Shown in pieces: positions 37,837 to 47,986 of a stretch of 64,000 nucleotides of DNA (the stretch's first letter is position 1; the number at the start of each line of letters is the position of its first letter). Location: positions 1 to 64,000 of IMG/VR virus record IMGVR_UViG_3300044630_002618; one strand, 5' to 3'. The notes below the pieces were generated by a model. The model had not been told where the DNA came from, ran no database searches, and saw only the letters and a program-made list of their open reading frames with translations. This stretch comes from a virus. Lineage: Duplodnaviria > Caudoviricetes. A program made the position numbers and the translations under genes.

Positions 37837-38946
37837 TCAGGAAATTGAACCACCGAGGGTGTTGATAACAACGCGGGATTCGTGAGTAATAACTCCGAAG
37901 CCCCAAATTGCGTACCAAGCCAAACCGTGTTCACGACCGAAGTCAATGACACCACCGTCACGGAGTTCCACTGGCAATGCAATGGCGTGACCAAATGCGT
38001 TGTCACCGATCATGATGGCGTTGTAAGCGTCAGCGTTCTCTTGGAAGCCCGCCGAAGCGTTGCTGTCAAGGGTTGCGCCAAGTTCGTACAACGGGGCGCC
38101 AGACGCAGTTGCGTCCAAGCCCTTCTTGACCTGCGTGGTTTCAATGAACACGACATCGTAGATACGACCGATTTCACCGAGCATGAAGTTGCCAGGTGCG
38201 GCGTACTTCGTGACTTCAATGAATTCGGGCCAGTCGCGGAGCGAACGAGCCTGTGCGGGGTGAACGAAGCAGACATAGGTGTCGCCCAAACGCGGGATGT
38301 TCTGACCAGCAAGAACTTCAACTGCGTCCTTGATGGAAGCAGGCGAGAGGTAGCCAGGTGCAGAAGCCGAGCCGAGGGTACCAGCGTCGTACGGGCTGAG
38401 TGCGCCACGAGCCGAAGCGGCGGTGCGACCGAAGACAACTGACGGAGCGACAGCAGAGCCGCCACCGAAAGGAACGCCAGCCTTGTACAGCGTGTTACGG
38501 GCCTGGATGTCCATGCTCTGTGCCATGTGGCGACCGAGCAAGCGTGAAGACGAAGCCATGACATCGTCAAATGCCGCATTAAGCAAGAGTTCCGTAACGG
38601 CAACTGCCTGACCATGTTCGGTCACTGTGATCTGAATCTGGCTTGCTGACAATGCGACAGGCTCCATACGCACACCTTCAGTGAGCGTGGCGCCTGCTGA
38701 TTCGTCAACGCTGAGGTTGTTGTATCGCATGAAGTTGATGGTCAAACCAGGCTGAACGCCCAATTCGGTCTTCTTTACTGCGAACTGCTCAAAGCGCAGA
38801 ACTGGCATGGCTTGGAACAAGATTTCCTTGGACCAAATTTGTTGAATTGCGGGTGAAAGAGTTGCGTCACTGGAATAACCGGTCGTGGTAATTGAACCAA
38901 GACCTGCTCCGGTAATCGCACCTCCTACTGGGGCGGGAAGGGCCAT
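37837..38946 (-). CDS. Major capsid protein (N4 gp56-like, HK97 fold)
   Basis: LTEGV, EHG.AV..TE, FVHPAQ, GEIGRIYDVVFIET, DFGREH.LAWY; strong codon bias. Confidence 0.92.
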   Translation of the reverse strand: MALPAPVGGAITGAGLGSITTTGYSSDATLSPAIQQIWSKEILFQAMPVLRFEQFAVKKTELGVQPGLTINFMRYNNLSVDESAGATLTEGVRMEPVALSASQIQITVTEHGQAVAVTELLLNAAFDDVMASSSRLLGRHMAQSMDIQARNTLYKAGVPFGGGSAVAPSVVFGRTAASARGALSPYDAGTLGSASAPGYLSPASIKDAVEVLAGQNIPRLGDTYVCFVHPAQARSLRDWPEFIEVTKYAAPGNFMLGEIGRIYDVVFIETTQVKKGLDATASGAPLYELGATLDSNASAGFQENADAYNAIMIGDNAFGHAIALPVELRDGGVIDFGREHGLAWYAIWGFGVITHESRVVINTLGGSIS

Positions 38947-38989
38947 TTTAATATCCTCCGTGGATAGTTAGTTGTTGGGTTATTTGGTT

Positions 38990-39775
38990 TTAGAAACGGC
39001 CTCGGGAGTTCCGAGTCGCTTGCATGAGCCGTTCGCGCATTTTCGTGTACTGATCCATCGGCATATTACGGATATCATCCGCAGACATCGTTTGGTATTC
39101 CTGTTGGTTGTCCATTGGCCCAGTCGGGGGCGCAGTTACCTGCGGTCCCCGCAGACGACCACTTTGTGAGGTTGCCTGTTGGATTGATTCAATTATAGCA
39201 CTACTACGATCACGAAGTACTGCAATACTGTTTTCAATATCTTCTTCACTATTACCCGCAATGAGGTCAATCAATTCCGGGATAATTGTTTCTTGTTCTT
39301 CCGTCAAACGACGCTGACGATAAGACTCAATTTGCTGGATGCGGCGTTCTTTTTCAAGAAGCGCTTCCTGCACCTGGCGCTGTTGTTCCATGTCTTCAAA
39401 CTTGGAACGCCATTCCTGCTCAACCTGGTTAATGCGTTGGTTGAACTCATCTTCGCGCTTGGCGAGGAGTTCTTTTGCGCTGAGTTCTTGGATTTCGCGC
39501 TGGCGGAGGATTTCAGCCTCAGTCTTGGCGCGCTCATCGGCTTCTTTGCGAGCGGCTTCGCGCTCCTGAGCGATGATGCTCAATTGCTCCTCAAGGGTCT
39601 TGACACGACCGTCAGCGTCTTCAACGCGTCGGTACAACTTGTCCTTCTCCTGACGGCGAATTGCTTCAACCTCAGTCTCAGAGAACACGCGACCCTCAGT
39701 CTTGGGGGTTTGCTGTTCTTGGGGTGTGCTTTCAACGGGGATCATAATCCCGTCACCATTAAAGGCGTTACTCAT
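38990..39775 (-). CDS. Capsid scaffolding protein
   Basis: Charged coiled coil between portal and capsid; C-terminal IRNMPMDQY. Confidence 0.8.
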   Translation of the reverse strand: MSNAFNGDGIMIPVESTPQEQQTPKTEGRVFSETEVEAIRRQEKDKLYRRVEDADGRVKTLEEQLSIIAQEREAARKEADERAKTEAEILRQREIQELSAKELLAKREDEFNQRINQVEQEWRSKFEDMEQQRQVQEALLEKERRIQQIESYRQRRLTEEQETIIPELIDLIAGNSEEDIENSIAVLRDRSSAIIESIQQATSQSGRLRGPQVTAPPTGPMDNQQEYQTMSADDIRNMPMDQYTKMRERLMQATRNSRGRF

Positions 39776-39828
39776 TTTCCTTACCTCTTTGTTGTTGGGC
39801 TTTTATTAGCAATTGTTAAATAACGGTT

Positions 39829-41502
39829 TTATTCTTCGTCGGGCACACGACGCTGGGCAAGCCTTGCTCCGTATGCTCGTTGGATTATGTTGTTAATCAT
39901 CTGTCCTTCGGCGTCACCGATCTCTCCCATAGGAGGACCTGCTTGTCCTTCGGCTGTGTTTTCACCACCAGATACTACACTATTCTCTCCACCTTGTCCG
40001 GGGAAAATACCAGTAGTAATCATTACTGCCTGTTGTATTTGAGCGCGCACCATATCTAGTGCACCTTGGTCCAATGCGTCGTCACGCAATTCCTCAAAGA
40101 TTTCAAGCAATTTCTCTCGTGGGAACTCTTCACCAAGAGCGCGCAATGCACCTTCCTTGGATTCTAAACCAAGAGCCATCTTGGCTTGAACTTCGTTAAG
40201 TTTGATAAGAACATCAACAGGCAATGGCTCAGGCCAGTGGACTTGAGTCTGGTAGGTAACGGGGTCGGCGGGGTCAAGTTCGTATGCCTGGTCAGGTTCG
40301 GGCATTGCCGCAAGGCTTGGGTTGTACTGAAGCATTTGCGATTCAAAGACAGCCGCAGTACGGATGATTACTTCATTGATCTTTTCTAGACCCTTAGTGA
40401 AGTGAATCTTCTTTTGGTTGTACTTATTCATCATTGGCTGGTATTGGATAGCCAATGCCACGCCTGATGTATTAGAGACTGGTTGGAACTGACCTAAGGC
40501 TGTTTCAGGTACGCCAGTAATTTCATGCATGGCGCGCTTAATGAACTGAATGTATTCCAGTGCACCAGCCATGTTTCCGCTGGATTCAAGGTTGAACACA
40601 CTGGCTTCCTTAGGAAGACCAGCCCAGACCTTCTTAGGTCCACGCTCCAACTGGCTTGCCTTGGCGCCAGTGATGATAGTGACTGGTGCGGCGTGGTAGT
40701 TGATGATGTCCGATACTTCGGTCATCTTTTCGTTTAGTTCGCGGTTCAGAGAGATGATGTCCCAAATGTCTGACTGACCCCATGGTGATGACGAGATAGT
40801 CATGTTAGGGATATGGACAATCGGGATAACACCAATTGCATTGTCGTACTGATCAATCAGTTCATCATTAATGTACTGCTCTACGGAATCCTCAGTCAGG
40901 ATTTCGGTAAAGGTGTACACCTGACGGGTGCCCTCAGGGCTGGTGCCCCAAAAGCGGTACTTCAACTTGAACCGCAGGATGCGATCACGGTCGTGTGGGT
41001 GATACTCGGGGAAACAATGCGCTGGGTTCAGCGGGATAATACGGATACGACCAGCATGGGTAATACCAGCAGAGTCAATAAAGGGTTCTTCGTAGGCGAC
41101 TTTGACGAAGCAGTCACCAGTTACACCAGCCAATTGACCCATTTCCCATAAGACATAGTGCTTAGAGTTATGTTGTTCCCATACTGTTTGTAGCAAATGC
41201 GGAATAATGGCTGCGTTCTGTTCTGGCGTTTTGAACTGGATACCCTTACCAAAGCAGAAGTTAGTGATGTAGTCCGACATGGTGCGGACATAGTTCATCG
41301 TGATGTTCTGTTCGCCCATCTCACGACGGTAAGACCAGTGGTGACCGAGGTACCATGCCCAGCACGATGAATAGCGGTTTAGGCGCGGTCCATGTACTTC
41401 AAATTCCTCATCGGCTAATTCCACCAAGCCCAAAGGCGAGATAGAAACCGTGAGGTCACTGGATGATGCTCTATAGGATGGTGACCAAAAGTCAACGGGC
41501 AT
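39829..41502 (-). CDS. Portal protein (SPP1 gp6-like)
   Basis: GVIPIVHIPN....WGQSDI, SGVAL. Confidence 0.9.
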   Translation of the reverse strand: MPVDFWSPSYRASSSDLTVSISPLGLVELADEEFEVHGPRLNRYSSCWAWYLGHHWSYRREMGEQNITMNYVRTMSDYITNFCFGKGIQFKTPEQNAAIIPHLLQTVWEQHNSKHYVLWEMGQLAGVTGDCFVKVAYEEPFIDSAGITHAGRIRIIPLNPAHCFPEYHPHDRDRILRFKLKYRFWGTSPEGTRQVYTFTEILTEDSVEQYINDELIDQYDNAIGVIPIVHIPNMTISSSPWGQSDIWDIISLNRELNEKMTEVSDIINYHAAPVTIITGAKASQLERGPKKVWAGLPKEASVFNLESSGNMAGALEYIQFIKRAMHEITGVPETALGQFQPVSNTSGVALAIQYQPMMNKYNQKKIHFTKGLEKINEVIIRTAAVFESQMLQYNPSLAAMPEPDQAYELDPADPVTYQTQVHWPEPLPVDVLIKLNEVQAKMALGLESKEGALRALGEEFPREKLLEIFEELRDDALDQGALDMVRAQIQQAVMITTGIFPGQGGENSVVSGGENTAEGQAGPPMGEIGDAEGQMINNIIQRAYGARLAQRRVPDEE

Positions 41503-41507
41503 TGGGG

Positions 41508-42158
41508 TTAATCCTTAGGTAATCCGAGTTGTTCGGCTAAAATTGATGCTTCTACGCCGACCATTTCTTGACGAGGTGGAAGAATGCTTACACGGCGTCG
41601 TCCCGATGTGGGGTCAATGCCCTTGTCTGTCACAAGGGGTGAAGTTCCCTCATGCCAAAATTGCTCTGGATGTAGGTGCGTAGGGATTTTTATGTCACCG
41701 ATATATGGGGTTTTGGCATTAGGGCCAACATTCCCTATGGAATCTTGACGACCCAATGCCCCAATTTGCATAGCGGCTTCAAGACCACCAGCAGTTTTTG
41801 GTAGTGCTACAGAGGTATCTTGCTGGACAATGCCAGTTGACGGGTCATGCCAGCCACCTTGAATCATATTTGCGCCTGGGGAACCCAGTACATCTGCGTT
41901 TCGTCGGTTAAAGTCAAGAAGTTGGGTAGTTGCAGGTTCAGAGGGGTCTACTGGAACTTCAGCCCCGCGACCTGATTCGGGTGCATAACCAACAGAAAGA
42001 ACATTACGAGCAGGACCACCTGCACCACGACCAGATGTGCGTATAGAAAACCCATCATCAGGCTTTTGTGGTCCATGCTTTGCAATTTCAGCGGGTGACA
42101 ATTCACCACGACGAGTATCAGCGCGTGATCCTCTATTCCTACGGCGTAGACCCATCAA
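41508..42158 (-). CDS. Hypothetical protein, weak resemblance to phage SAM lyases
   Basis: GFS, GY, GGWHD....QDTS, A...G....QDSI pattern. Confidence 0.45.
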   Translation of the reverse strand: MMGLRRRNRGSRADTRRGELSPAEIAKHGPQKPDDGFSIRTSGRGAGGPARNVLSVGYAPESGRGAEVPVDPSEPATTQLLDFNRRNADVLGSPGANMIQGGWHDPSTGIVQQDTSVALPKTAGGLEAAMQIGALGRQDSIGNVGPNAKTPYIGDIKIPTHLHPEQFWHEGTSPLVTDKGIDPTSGRRRVSILPPRQEMVGVEASILAEQLGLPKD

Positions 42159-42454
42159 CTGTCCCCTGACTTCTTTATCTTTACGGGAGTAATAGACCTA
42201 ATCATACCACGAGGAATATGCATAGGATTTGAACAAATAAGTATACCATCATCGTCATAATAGAAGGACGAGTACAAGGTCAGGTACTTCTCGGCATATT
42301 CATCTATAACCCAGCCAATAGTAATGGGGTCAATAATGCGTGGTTCGTATTTGGCTGGGTCAATCCAACCACCAGGTCCGTCAAAGGCGTCATCCCAAAC
42401 GACAACAACTGCCTTAAGGTTTTCCTTGTCAGACATACGACCCCCACCAATCAT
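42155..42454 (-). CDS. Hypothetical protein
   Basis: V.WDDA...GW...TIGW...IPRGMI pattern common in small phage proteins. Confidence 0.7.
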   Translation of the reverse strand: MIGGGRMSDKENLKAVVVVWDDAFDGPGGWIDPAKYEPRIIDPITIGWVIDEYAEKYLTLYSSFYYDDDGILICSNPMHIPRGMIRSITPVKIKKSGDS

Positions 42455-43596
42455 TCCGGAGAGTAAACCTTACCACGGAAAAAAGCGGTCTTATTATGGA
42501 TAGGTATCTGTTCATACCAAAAGGCGCCTTCACCATCCTCATAAGATACAACCGCTAGACCCTGTTGCCAGTCCTCCACAATGGTCATTGGGCGACCGTC
42601 TAGGTCAATACCGCCCTTAGTGCTGGGTACGGCACCGTCACAGCGGGCTAGTGTCCCTGGGGACGCCGCCATGATGGTCTTTGCCCCATCCCAGTCTTCT
42701 CGTGACCGTTCAGCCCATTCCCTACGGTGAATGTGCCCGTAGATGACGGATACCTTGCTGTCGTTGAGGTAGGCGTGGGCGGTTGAACCGTTAGACCTGA
42801 CCTTGTTTCCGTGGATGACTTTGAGCCTTTGATTAATCCATACTTGTCCAGCAGGGTAGCCAGCCACATAATTAACCCCGTAATCATTGAAACGGCATAG
42901 GTAAGGCACACTAAGGCAAGGCCAAGAATCCGGAGTGTTCCCCCGACGCAAGCCGAACGAAACCTTTGCATTGTCCAAGATGAAGTTGACGAGGCGTTCT
43001 TCATGGTTACCTGAAATCCAATCTATGACGGCGTTTGGTGCGACGGCTCGTAACTCAGCGCACAGAGTCGTAGCGCGGTCAATAGACGCCTGAGTGGTAA
43101 TTGCATATGCTGGGCTGAGACGGTACTTACCGAACTCAGGAAAGTCAAGGTTGTCACCGACCATGATGATTCGGTCAGGGTTCAACTTCTTGATAATCGC
43201 CATGGAGATAGAGAGAGCCTCTTCGTCATGGGTGGGTTCAAGACTCCCGTCAGCATTTCGGTAGTAACCGATCTGCATGTCAGGGAGGATAACCGCTACT
43301 TTGTATCCCTCTGTATTACTTTGTATTACTTTGCGTACTGGGAGTTTGATTGACGGCCCTGGTTGTACCACGGGCCAATCAGGTCCTTCAGCCCACTTGG
43401 GATTGAATTGGATACCCATGAGGTCGTGAACCTCAGCCTGACCTTGGTCATTCTTAGTGAGTGACTGGTAGAGGGATACGCGCTTGATTGATCCCACTTC
43501 TTCAACATCAATGTTATTGCGGTTTAATAACTCCGCAATCTTTCCCAATGTTGCTTTTGCTGGGGGTGTTCCTAGATCATCACTAAGGCTTGCCAC
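42451..43596 (-). CDS. Calcineurin-like metallophosphoesterase
   Basis: PDMQIG, GDNLD, GNHE, HG, GHIH. Confidence 0.9.
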   Translation of the reverse strand: MASLSDDLGTPPAKATLGKIAELLNRNNIDVEEVGSIKRVSLYQSLTKNDQGQAEVHDLMGIQFNPKWAEGPDWPVVQPGPSIKLPVRKVIQSNTEGYKVAVILPDMQIGYYRNADGSLEPTHDEEALSISMAIIKKLNPDRIIMVGDNLDFPEFGKYRLSPAYAITTQASIDRATTLCAELRAVAPNAVIDWISGNHEERLVNFILDNAKVSFGLRRGNTPDSWPCLSVPYLCRFNDYGVNYVAGYPAGQVWINQRLKVIHGNKVRSNGSTAHAYLNDSKVSVIYGHIHRREWAERSREDWDGAKTIMAASPGTLARCDGAVPSTKGGIDLDGRPMTIVEDWQQGLAVVSYEDGEGAFWYEQIPIHNKTAFFRGKVYSPE

Positions 43597-43849
43597 AACT
43601 GCACTTCCCCTTTATATGTCGTTCTATGGTGCTTCGGCTAATTTGATGTCCGTGCTTAACTAGCACATTCGCTAACCACATAGAAGAATATACCTTAGAC
43701 CTACCCTTACCGGGGTCAGTCATAATTCTTTCTAATGCAGTATTTAGTGCGGTTAGTTCATCTCCGTGAAGTTCGTCCCTGAGAGTGGCAATACCACACC
43801 CCCAATTAATTGGACCACGCGAGAGCAATTCATTACTTAACTCGCTCAA
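43583..43849 (-). CDS. Small HTH/Zn protein coupled to the phosphoesterase
   Basis: TTG start with AAGGAG RBS; ISRSTIERH...CSC. Confidence 0.7.
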   Translation of the reverse strand: MSELSNELLSRGPINWGCGIATLRDELHGDELTALNTALERIMTDPGKGRSKVYSSMWLANVLVKHGHQISRSTIERHIKGKCSCGKP

Positions 43850-43991
43850 CTTTCTGCTCCTTATTGTGTGACATTTTCTGGATTCCTCCAAGAACTGATA
43901 TCAACCGTAGCACCTCTTGCTCCTCTGTGTGACCACGAGGCGCAAGTCTCGTAAGATATTGTGTAATTAATGCGGCATCTGACGGGCGCAT
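43833..43991 (-). CDS. Small hypothetical protein (52 aa)
   Basis: Not in ORF track; AAGGAG RBS; MRPSDAALITQYLTRLAPRGHTEEQEVLRLI... Confidence 0.7.
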   Translation of the reverse strand: MRPSDAALITQYLTRLAPRGHTEEQEVLRLISVLGGIQKMSHNKEQKVERVK

Positions 43992-44057
43992 ACTCTCTCC
44001 TTCTACTGGGAAGGAAAGGTTATCAGAGCCTAGAAAGTACTGTTATTGCGATAACAA

Positions 44058-45455
44058 TTAGAACAATGTAAGTTGTCCTCTTTCTTCAGGAGTAGGTGGT
44101 GCTTTGACTTCTGCTACTGGTGACTTACTTGCTTCTTTGGCTGCTTTTTTGGCGTCCTTAGCAAGTTGTTTTTGGGCTGCGTTGTACTCTTCATCTTCGC
44201 CAAGTACATGTCGCCGCTCTTCCACCCATGCAATGGCTTGGGCGGCTCGGGGAGTAATATGCTCATCATCAAAACTAAAATGCTCGGCGGATTGGCGGGT
44301 GGCTTCTTCATTGTAGGCATGCCTAATCTCTTCAGTTTTAACTGACGGATCAAAGGTCTTTGTACCTTTTGCAGGCTGTACAATATTTTGTGCTTCTCTT
44401 GAGGTTGCCCCTGTAGTACCCTGTCGGGCGGCTTCTTTAGCACTTAGGTGATTCATTGCGTAATCTTCAACTGCCTCGTCAGACTTTGATGGATCAAATC
44501 CAGTTTCTTCAGCCGCGGACCATAAATGACTCTGATGAAATGTTCTTGTTCTACCTTTTCCATTGCCTTCTACAAATGTGGGTGCTTGTGCCCTTCTTCG
44601 GAATATTTCATTATTAAAAGCATTTTCTTCTGGACTAGCGAGTTGGATTGCTCGTGAGAAATTACGAGTCTTAGGGACTGCTCCTACTTGATTTACTTCA
44701 TCAAATGTTTTTCCGCGAACAACAGCAACAGCCTTAGTTGCAATCTTACGGCCCGCTGAATTTAAAGTTACTCCAGTAACTTCTCTTGAAAGGTGTCTTT
44801 CATCAAGAGGTACAGGATTATTTTGCGGTATACCGTGCTTGTCTCTAATCGCTTGACTCTCAGCATAACCAAGGTGAGCAACACCTTCATCTGATAAATC
44901 ACCAATGCGTTGTTCCCCTGCGGCAATGTCGGGATTACCCATGTGGGGAACCATCCCAGGTGTAATTTCTACCATACGATCTGGGTTTCCAGCAATACGG
45001 CCCGCCGATTCAGTGGCTATTCTTTCTTGTTTTGGTGTATTCTTGACACTTAGTACACCAGCGGCATCAACGATGCTACCAATGCGTGTGCCAGTTCTGT
45101 TAGCAACATCACGATAGCCAGATTGGTGATCTGTGTACCAATCATAACCTTCAGGAGTATATGAACCCGCGGGTAGACGCCCAATTGCGGCTTGAATGGC
45201 GTTCACACGACTTGCTACAGAATCAGCCATGAGTATTGGATGACCATACGCCTTCATACCAGCATCTGCCATTGAACGATCAATATGTTCTCTGTCTTCA
45301 ACAGGAAAATCTCTATATGATACGGCTTTTTTTGGGACAATATACCCTGGATCAACTAAACTTTCTGTATTGGTAGTATCACGCTTTGGCGTTGCCAGAC
45401 GCTTCTTTGGTGCTGCTGGTGCTGGTGCTGATGTTTCTTTTTTCTTAGCCATCAC
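44058..45455 (-). CDS. Hypothetical protein ending in QLTLF
   Basis: WY, LS..N, PKT.NF, QAIAW motifs; basic disordered termini. Confidence 0.75.
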   Translation of the reverse strand: MMAKKKETSAPAPAAPKKRLATPKRDTTNTESLVDPGYIVPKKAVSYRDFPVEDREHIDRSMADAGMKAYGHPILMADSVASRVNAIQAAIGRLPAGSYTPEGYDWYTDHQSGYRDVANRTGTRIGSIVDAAGVLSVKNTPKQERIATESAGRIAGNPDRMVEITPGMVPHMGNPDIAAGEQRIGDLSDEGVAHLGYAESQAIRDKHGIPQNNPVPLDERHLSREVTGVTLNSAGRKIATKAVAVVRGKTFDEVNQVGAVPKTRNFSRAIQLASPEENAFNNEIFRRRAQAPTFVEGNGKGRTRTFHQSHLWSAAEETGFDPSKSDEAVEDYAMNHLSAKEAARQGTTGATSREAQNIVQPAKGTKTFDPSVKTEEIRHAYNEEATRQSAEHFSFDDEHITPRAAQAIAWVEERRHVLGEDEEYNAAQKQLAKDAKKAAKEASKSPVAEVKAPPTPEERGQLTLF

Positions 45456-45925
45456 AGAACCTTAAACTTTCCTGGGGTATACAAAGCATGACCAAACTGA
45501 CCAGCAATATAAGAAGGCTTATTAGACTTATAGCGGTTGTAGGAAGTCACGCCCTTACGGCGCATTTTATTAGAATCAAACTTCTGACCTGGATTAGTGA
45601 TCATAGATTTACCGTACTTACGGCCCTCTAGGTCTAACTTTTCAGACTTGAAGTTTTGCATTGGGTCAATAATGAATTCACCAATACCTGATGCATAACG
45701 GGGCATATTTAATGACCGCTTACCACCCAAGGGGCTAGGCACAAACGGGTTAGAGACCTTGGTGGCAACACCAAAGTTCTCAGCGCGCGCCGTAACTAGT
45801 TCATTACTTTTTTGGACGCGACGAAACATCCCCGCAACTGCCTCATAAGTAGACAATTCCGGAGATGACCCAATCGTGCTACTCGGTACTGGGCCAGTTA
45901 CCGAGAAACCCTCGGCAGTGCCCAT
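45452..45925 (-). CDS. Hypothetical protein
   Basis: 157 aa ORF in operon. Confidence 0.7.
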   Translation of the reverse strand: MGTAEGFSVTGPVPSSTIGSSPELSTYEAVAGMFRRVQKSNELVTARAENFGVATKVSNPFVPSPLGGKRSLNMPRYASGIGEFIIDPMQNFKSEKLDLEGRKYGKSMITNPGQKFDSNKMRRKGVTSYNRYKSNKPSYIAGQFGHALYTPGKFKVL

Positions 45926-45927
45926 GA

Positions 45928-46329
45928 TCAGTCGTAAACGACTGTTGGGTTCGGGCGGTTCATGTGACCACCCGTGTTGTACGAGTATTCAAATTGCGGG
46001 ATGTGATCTCCAGCCATTGAACCCTGTACGAACTCACCGAGCACGGTCGGGGCCTCAATCCACGAAGCAGACCCAACATGGGCGCGCTCGCGCATTGTTT
46101 CCTCAGCGTACTTGTAGAACATCTCAGGGTTGTTATGGTTCTGTCGCATGGGCGACGGAGCGGTGTCCTCGTAAGCACCAACGCCGAAGTCATAAGGGAC
46201 ATCGGTATCGGTGGCTACGCCTTCTTCAAAGCGGAGCGGGCCACGGTTACCCGGGATGCTTGGGGCGTACGAACGCTCAAACACTGGGGTGCCTTTTTCT
46301 GGAAACATGGGAACAGGTGCAACTGCCAT
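45928..46329 (-). CDS. Probable virion-associated protein
   Basis: AGGAGG RBS; capsid-like codon bias; RGPLRFEEG.ATDTDVP, RERAHVGSASW. Confidence 0.7.
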   Translation of the reverse strand: MAVAPVPMFPEKGTPVFERSYAPSIPGNRGPLRFEEGVATDTDVPYDFGVGAYEDTAPSPMRQNHNNPEMFYKYAEETMRERAHVGSASWIEAPTVLGEFVQGSMAGDHIPQFEYSYNTGGHMNRPNPTVVYD

Positions 46330-46378
46330 CTATGGATTCCTCCTAGTAGGGGTTTATCTCCACTTATCGTAGCATAGT

Positions 46379-47953
46379 TTACCTGTAAAAGGGAGAGTTA
46401 AATGACTCTACCATTGGCATTACCTCTAGTGCTGTCATACTGCAAGCAATTGCTAGTGAATCGGGGTAGTCGTCAAACGCACCCTTCTCATCAGGGGCGG
46501 CTGCTAATAGGTACGGACCGCGGTAAATCTTTTCAAGGTCACACATCTGTTGGTTGAACTTCTTCCATGATCGGGTGCGCCGAGCCTTGGAGTGTCCAGG
46601 AATAATCAACTGTTCCCGTTGCATTAACTCGGTTAGATGGACCCATCGCTCGTTCTGAGTCTTGGCATCAGACGAAACAGCCAACACCTCAATCTCAGGG
46701 AGCAAGAGTTGTAGACGCTCGGTGACAGCGCCGCCCACACCTTGGGAGTCCACACCAATGCGGTAGACATCAAAGTTACGGATGAAGTCAATCATCTCAA
46801 AGTACTGCTGTTCCCACTCAACATTGTTAATTTCTAACCAGTCAAGGACGCGGTGCTCAAAGAAACCAAACCCATCAGGGTGGTCCCAATCAACCCATAC
46901 TGCGGTAGCCACGGTGGAGTCATTGGTTCGCGCCACATCTATACCCATGACAATGGGGCTACGCCACCACTTTTTCACAATAGCCATAGATGGGTCGTAC
47001 AGGCGCTCTAGGCGCTCCTCGGTAACAAACATACCCTTTTCCAAAATCCACTTGTTGCAGTAGGACATTTGGAACTCGTCAGAATCTTCACCAATACGGG
47101 TCTTTTCCTTAGCAATGAACTTGCCGTAGTTATCGTTGTATTTAGCGGCAACTCGCCAGTCGTACTCAAAGTGTGCCTGTCTGTGGCCCCGTCTGGCGTT
47201 TGTGTCACGGCGCTTATTAAACTGGATCATCTTATAAAAGTAAGACTTATTCCTAGTAGCCGTGCCCGTAAGAACAATAGAACCGTTGTTGAACGCCAAC
47301 ATTGGCTTAATTGACTTAGAAATCATGAACTCGTCAGCCTCTTGGGCTTCGTCAATCATGACGAAGTGGTAGGTCTTAGATTCAATCTTTGCCTTAGGGT
47401 TACAGGTCTGCATACGGCAGAGTGACCCTGACTTCTTCAGGCTGATAATGCGACCCTTACCTCGGGCGCCACCTGATGCTGCTTTGTCGTCAATCTCGGG
47501 ATCAAGCAGGAAGTTCATGGCGTGTTCGCTGGTCAACTTACTGACGATACGACCGAACACGGTGTCAGCCTGATCCTCAACGGGGGCAAACACACCGCAC
47601 CAAAAGCCCCTCTCAAACTTACCCAGCCATGTGGGATAGACCTTGGACAGGCGCGGGAGAATGACCATCATGGATGCCATGACATTAGAAAGAACCTCAG
47701 ACTTACCCGATTGGCGGGTAGCAACGAGGGTTATTTCTTCACCGTCGCCAAGGACAATTGATTCAATGATCCGATAAGCAATTGGGACCTGATAAGGGAA
47801 CAAGGTGACATTAGTGAACTCTTCGGTAAAGACGATTAACTTCATGACCAGTTGGTCAACGAATTCCGTAGATGTTTCGTCTAGTTCTTCCTCTTGGTAG
47901 TCACCAATATCTTCGTTGTATTCCGTATCTTCAATATCTGATTCTTCACTCAT
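46379..47953 (-). CDS. Terminase large subunit
   Basis: RQSGKS Walker A, IDEAQ Walker B, GIDVAR and DDYPDSLA nuclease motifs. Confidence 0.93.
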   Translation of the reverse strand: MSEESDIEDTEYNEDIGDYQEEELDETSTEFVDQLVMKLIVFTEEFTNVTLFPYQVPIAYRIIESIVLGDGEEITLVATRQSGKSEVLSNVMASMMVILPRLSKVYPTWLGKFERGFWCGVFAPVEDQADTVFGRIVSKLTSEHAMNFLLDPEIDDKAASGGARGKGRIISLKKSGSLCRMQTCNPKAKIESKTYHFVMIDEAQEADEFMISKSIKPMLAFNNGSIVLTGTATRNKSYFYKMIQFNKRRDTNARRGHRQAHFEYDWRVAAKYNDNYGKFIAKEKTRIGEDSDEFQMSYCNKWILEKGMFVTEERLERLYDPSMAIVKKWWRSPIVMGIDVARTNDSTVATAVWVDWDHPDGFGFFEHRVLDWLEINNVEWEQQYFEMIDFIRNFDVYRIGVDSQGVGGAVTERLQLLLPEIEVLAVSSDAKTQNERWVHLTELMQREQLIIPGHSKARRTRSWKKFNQQMCDLEKIYRGPYLLAAAPDEKGAFDDYPDSLAIACSMTALEVMPMVESFNSPFYR

Positions 47954-47960
47954 AAGAGTA

Positions 47961-47966
47961 AGTATA
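47961..47966 (-). promoter_or_regulatory. -10 box TATACT 7 nt before the terminase ATG (leaderless)
   Basis: TATACT-TACTCTT-ATG with no SD sequence. Confidence 0.55.
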
Positions 47967-47986
47967 AAACAAAAAGCAACATAGGG

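Noticed and set aside
37882-39823. Long plus-strand and alternative-frame ORFs over the capsid and scaffold genes (and similar ones elsewhere)
   Set aside because: Shadows of strongly biased codon usage; no RBS or recognisable motifs
43892-44057. Structured ncRNA in an apparent intergenic gap
   Set aside because: Mostly explained by a 52 aa ORF with a strong RBS (43833-43991)
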